Positions 58,584 through 64,000 of a DNA stretch of 64,000 nt are shown in pieces. Under the pieces are notes generated by a model. The model worked only from the letters and a program-made list of their open reading frames with translations, was not told the DNA's origin and did no database searches. The stretch's first letter is position 1. Every line of letters begins with the position of its first letter. Source of the DNA: Dimorphilus gyrociliatus (Eukaryota > Animalia > Annelida); contig CAJFCJ010000006.1 of NCBI GenBank assembly GCA_904063045.1, positions 930,001-994,000 of the forward strand. Direction: 5' to 3'. The position numbers and the translations under genes are program-made.

Positions 58584-59217
58584 AAGAAAAGAGGCTTAAT
58601 GTTGATCACTTTTTTATTAGTTTTTACTGTTTAATATTTTTTTTTGTTAATAAAAAGGTGCAGTTATTATTTTCTTATAAAATCCTTTATAAATGCATGT
58701 TTAATTATTTCTATTCCAAATAAACAAACTCTTTGTTCTTAAAAAAAATAAAGAAGTATTTTGACTTTTATTTCTTATAAACAAAAAGATTCAAATATTT
58801 CCACAGAATATAACTGATACAATCAATAATCGCAATATTTAAGTGCTGCCATCTCCTTTTCAAGAAAGGTCATTTTAAAAAAAGAACCCAAAGAATTAAT
58901 GAACATTCATTTAAGATAATATGGAAAAAGTTATAAATCTTTATAATGAGAAAACTTGAAATAGATTATTAGACTATATATAAAATATAAAGTTTAGAAA
59001 CATTCTTTAATACTGTTTCTGATAGAATTGAATGACTTTTTTTATTTTTGACAGATACTCTTTAAAATTTAAAACTCTCTAGTAGGGCGTCTAATAAAAC
59101 GTCGCGAATATATTCGAATCCTGTATTAAATAAATAAGATTACGACTATCCTAAATATGTGGTAAATTTCTCATACCTAGAAAGTAAAATTTTGAAAGGT
59201 GCGCTATTCATTCCGCT

Positions 59218-59227
59218 GTCACGTGAC
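59218..59227. promoter_or_regulatory. Palindromic E-box GTCACGTGAC (CLEAR/USF/MiT-type) upstream of the L1-family gene
   Basis: Perfect 10-bp palindrome about 215 bp before the ATG in a GC-richer island; motif match only. Confidence 0.4.
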
Positions 59228-59441
59228 GCACAGGTAGTTGTGACGTAGTAAGCATACCCGTTAGGGGTGATCAAACGTTTTACCTGGTTTTTAGAGATTT
59301 GTGTGTCCGAGTTGACTACCTTGAAAATAAATAAAGATCAATGATTTTTTTAATGTGATTTTAGATAAGCTATCAAGAGGTAAGAAAATAATTTAAAACA
59401 ACTTGTTTATCAATTACAAACAACTACTTACAGGTGCAAAA

Positions 59442-62400
59442 ATGAAATTTTTACTCATTCCTGCTTTGTTTTTAATACTCTCTATAAAAGTTATGGGCCA
59501 ACCTAATGTTTTACCTGCTGATAATGAAAGAAAAGTTATTGTTCCCCCTCTTATATATATACAACCGAAAAGTAATTTGACTTTCGTGCTTGGTGAATCT
59601 ATAGAGATGCCATGTGTAGCAACTGGAGTTCCAGAGCCAAGATACAACTGGACATTCAATAATGTATCTTATGATGCTTCAGGTGTTAACGGAAAAGTTG
59701 CTAAACAACCTGGCAAAGGAACTCTAATCTTTGCAGATCCACAACAAAGAGACGAAGGCACATATCAATGTTTTGCATATAATGAAGGGGGAGTATGTAT
59801 GTCCATAAAAATATACTTAAGAATGGCGATATTAGACTCTTTCGTTAGTCGGAAGGTCACTGTCTTAGAACCAAGATTGGGTGATTCCCTTAAGTTGACT
59901 TGCACGCCTCCAAGAGCCTATCCAGAACCAGATATATTTTGGGCAATTCTTGAAGAAAGAGGGTCTTTCTATCCAATAGAAGAAGATGATAGGATAACAA
60001 TGGATCCAGATGGAAATCTTTACATAACAAATGTGGCAGCGCGAGACAAACAATCGGGTAAACGGTGGGCGTGTGTTGTTCAGAATCGGCTCATGAGGGA
60101 GATTCGACACGGCGAATACAAAGTTATTGAACCAATTTCCGGACTTCCGCAGTTAGGATCTCCAACAATTCTTTATAGTCATCCTACTACACAGGTACTT
60201 TAAGCAAAGTAAATACAATAGCATATCAATACAAATATTCCCTTTAAAAATATAGGTGGCTGTGCGAGGAGAAACTTGGAAAGTTAAGTGTATATTTGGC
60301 GGCAATCCAACTCCGAATATTGATTGGATAAGAGGAGAAGGTAAACCAATACCAAAGTCAGCAAAAATTGAAAGCTACAGCCAACAATTGACAATATACG
60401 ACATACGAGAAGAGGATGCTGGATCGTACCAATGCTCTGCAATGAACTCCAACAGTCCACAACCCCAAAGACAATCATTTAACCTTAAAGTTGAAGCCGC
60501 ACCATATTGGATTCATAAACCTATGTCTCAAGACGTTGCCGATAATGAAAGAGTGGAATTTCTTTGCGAAGGACAGGGTAAACCGGATGTCGAGTATTAT
60601 TGGTTTATTAATGAGAGGAAATTAGGCGATGCTCCACCTGATCCAAAAAGAACTAAACTAAAAACCAAAATGATCTTTACAAATGTAACAAAACATGATG
60701 TTAAAGTAATCGCTTGCAACGTTACAAATGCGCACGGCTATATATTCGCTAGTGCTTACCTCAACGTCCAACTTGAGCCTCCGCATATTCGAAGAGCACC
60801 GAAAATTGGAATGAAAGCTGCAGAGGGTCAAACAATCGATCTAACTTGCGAAGTTTATGGAAGTCCAAAACCTTTAGTTATTTGGTACAAAGGACAAGAA
60901 CAGCTAACCGGAGGAAGATTTGAAATACTGCCTGAGGGACACTTGAGAATCACTGACGTTTCACTAGTTGACACAGGTACATATAGGTGCTTTGCTTCGA
61001 ATAGACTTGGAACTGCCTCGGCTGAAGGTACTCTGATTGTACGAAGAAAAACTATGATAAGAATTGCTCCGCAAGATGTAACTGTTTATGAAGGCACCGA
61101 AGCAAAATTCACGTGTACTGCTACAACTGATTCTGAAGAAATTCAAAATTTACGCATCAGATGGAAGAAGGATAACGCTTACATTGACTTTAGCGAAGCT
61201 CAAAGAATATTTCAGAATTCAATGGATAATTCACTAACGATATCAGGAACAATATCTTTAGATACAAGTAAATACAGCTGTGTTGCTGAAAACGGTTTAG
61301 ACTCCGACGAAAAAACTGCTCAATTGGTTGTGCAAAACAGACCCGATCCACCGAAAAATGTTCACGTGAAATGCAAATCTGATGCACAACAACTAAAAGA
61401 GAACCAAGTTGAAGTTACTTGGGAACCTCGAAAAGAAAATTATGCTCCTATTCTCAATTTCATTCTTCAGTACAACACCAGTTTTACACCTGATAATTGG
61501 GTCGACTATGAAACAAACATTAACCAGACACAAGATAACATTAAAGTCTTCCTTACTCCATGGAGTAATTTTACTTTCCGAGTATTGGCTAGGAATAAGA
61601 TCGGTATATCCGAACCTTCCACTCATTCGAGCGAAACATGTCTTACTGAAGAAGATGTACCAAGTAAAAATCCTGATAATGTCATAGGTGAAGGCGATGC
61701 TCCAAGAAATCTAGTCATTTTTTGGACTCCAATGCCTCAAATTGAGCATCACGCTCCTAATTTCAAATACATCATCGAGTTCCGTCGAGCCGATATATCA
61801 AATTCAAAAATTGAGAGAAAGACTGTGGAAGATTGGTGGGAAAATCATTACCGAGCTGGTGATAACCTACCATCATATACACCATATAATATCACCATTA
61901 GAGCTGTAAATCGAATCGGACCTTGTCCAATAGATCCTACAACTGTAGTAGGATACACTGGAGAAGAACAACCAACTATCGTTGTCGGAGCCATAACTGT
62001 AAGTGAGGATAGTATAACAGATTTTACTGCTCAGCTTCAGTGGCAACAAGTTGATACTAATCCTGATCTTATAAAAGGATTTTTCCGAGGCTATAAGGTT
62101 CAATTCTGGAAAGAAGGAGAGAAAGAAAAAACAATGAGAGAACAAGATTTTATTCTCCGCGAACCTGAGAATCCCATACAGCCTAGAATACGCGGTCAGC
62201 AACTTTCGCGGAAAAAGAGAGATTTAGAATCAGTAGTTAAAGCTACTCTTACTCATTTACCAGCAAATTCCAGAATTATTGCCAGAGCTCTAGTTCTTAA
62301 TAGATACTTCGCTAGTGCACCAAGCCCTGAAGTATCCTTTCAAACAAAACCAGGCAAACCCGGACCTCCATCTACGTTCAATATAGTCAATCGAGGTGCT

Positions 62401-63385
62401 ACACACTTTGAACTACGTTGGACTAAGCCCAGAGAAGTAAACGGTGAACTTGTTGGCTATGATATCAGTTACCAAATTGTTAAAGATCTCAATTTGGGTA
62501 GATTGCAATTTCGTGAACAAGTATCCGATCCTGATGCTAATTATGCTAGATTAACTGGTCTGAGACCAGAGACAAACTATAGAATATATTTATACGCAGT
62601 AACAAAAGCAGGAAGAGGAGAGCCTATATTCCTCGATATGACAACGATTCCGGCATCGAGACCATATCCCCCTACATTCTCTATTACCGCAGTCGGTCGA
62701 ACTTTTGTAAATCTGACATTCGAACCATCTCGAATTGGAAACCCCGGAAGTGTCTTCTATCCACAATATAGAATAAGAGGTTTCTATCATTGGACTCATG
62801 CTCCTGACGAAGTAATAGATTTCAACGCATATATCGGTGATCTTGAGCCAGGAACAACGTATCAGATTAGAATGATGTCAAAGAATGGTGAAACATTCGA
62901 GAGTGCTAGCGAGTTCCAAGAATTAAGGACGGATGGTACTCGAGAAGGGAAAGCATCAGCTAGTCAAGGCTGGCATATTGGACTGTGGATAGGACTCATT
63001 CTGGTCATAGCAATCTTCATCGGCTTTATAGTTGGTAAGAAGAGAACCGACGAATGGTGGAAGGATAAAGAAGAAGCTATTGATGATGAAATCCGAGCCT
63101 TACAATCCAGACAAGCAGCGGAGCATTTAAATATGGGATTAACGAATCAGTATGTCGAAGGGTAAGAGAAACACGAAAAACAATATTCTAGCAGCTAATT
63201 TTCTTTCCTTTTTTCGAAACAGAGTGAGTCGGGATTACGACGATTATTCAGCAGCTGAATATCGAGGGGATCAATATCCTCCAGAAACTCCAGTTTCAGA
63301 ATATGCTCCTACTTATAATTACGGTCAAGCAGCAAAAGTTCATCAAGTCGAAGATCCTCAGGAGAAAAGCTCGACGTTTGTTTAG
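59442..63385 (+). CDS. Nrg: Neuroglian/L1CAM-family adhesion molecule (6 Ig, 5 FN3, TM, cytoplasmic tail). Exons 59442-60194, 60256-63161, 63223-63385; 5'UTR intron 59380-59433
   Basis: Signal MKFLLIPALFLILSIKVMG; VPPLI..QP, DEGTYQCFAYN, LTCTPPRAYPEPDIFW, RITMDPDGNLYITNV, EAAPYWIHKP, WSNFTFRVLARNKIG, NPDNVIGEG; TM GWHIGLWIGLILVIAIFIGFIV; C-terminal STFV PDZ ligand. Confidence 0.93.
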
Positions 63386-64000
63386 TTAATAATTATAGCT
63401 TTTTAAAGACTTTTGTTCATATGAGGTTTTCTAATGGGATTTTTTTTTTCAAAAAAATTCTTGATACATAGTTTTCCAAGATAATATTCCGATAACTATT
63501 GTTATTTTTTATTCATTTTTTTTATTATATACTTTATTAACCTATTGTATATTGATTGATTATAGTAATAAAGGTAATTATAATAATTTTATACGAAACA
63601 AGATAGAATCGTTAGTCGATTATTTAGTTCACCTTATCAGTTATAACAAATCTTTTTCAATATTACCTTTCTTATCAGGAGTAAGATAAAACTTTGTTTT
63701 TTTTGTTTGAAATATGTTTTATGAACAAAAAAAGATCTACAACAAACGCTTTCTCCATTTTCTTAATTCCCTTTCTTTTTTTTATCATTTTTGATCAAAG
63801 ATACTTGACTTGTTGATATTTTAAATGGTTAAATATTTAGAGACTTTTTTATGACTTATATTTAAATAACGTATATCAGTGTTTTTTGACTGTACCTGAC
63901 TCTTTTTATTATCAGTTCTCCTTTTTCTTTTACTTGAAAAATTCTTCAACAATACTTCTTATTACGTTGAACTTTTTCAAGAGAATTTTTATCCTTTTTT

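Overview
AT-rich eukaryotic (animal) genomic DNA, very gene-dense, with most introns about 50-70 nt. The gene content suggests a compact-genome spiralian invertebrate; the meiofaunal annelid Dimorphilus gyrociliatus is a plausible guess, inferred only and not checked by search. About 13 spliced protein-coding genes were reconstructed by hand from GT-AG/AT-AC junctions. In order: OGDH (3' part, +), a large orphan gene (-), TSNAXIP1 (-), JMJD6 (+), a PRXL2B/SelU-like selenoprotein (+), an SPFH/band-7 protein (+), an acetylcholinesterase-like enzyme (+), DCP1 (-), an L-type Cav1 channel (+, 17.5 kb), Rab29 (-), contactin (+), a Ly6/three-finger protein (+), DET1 (+) and a neuroglian/L1-family protein (+). 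Main signals the ORF track misses: (1) an in-frame TGA in a UxxC redox motif paired with a canonical type-II SECIS in the 3'UTR, i.e. a hidden selenoprotein; (2) two U12 minor-spliceosome introns (one AT-AC, one GT-AG), tandem mutually exclusive IVS3 exons and several candidate micro/cassette exons in Cav1; (3) substitutions at Cav1 dihydropyridine-binding residues; (4) gene neighbourhoods matching human loci (DCP1 head-to-head with Cav1; Cav1-Rab29-contactin-L1); (5) an L1 tail without the FIGQY ankyrin motif and a cholinesterase with an apparent N-terminal membrane anchor. No tRNA, rRNA, CRISPR or transposon could be supported.
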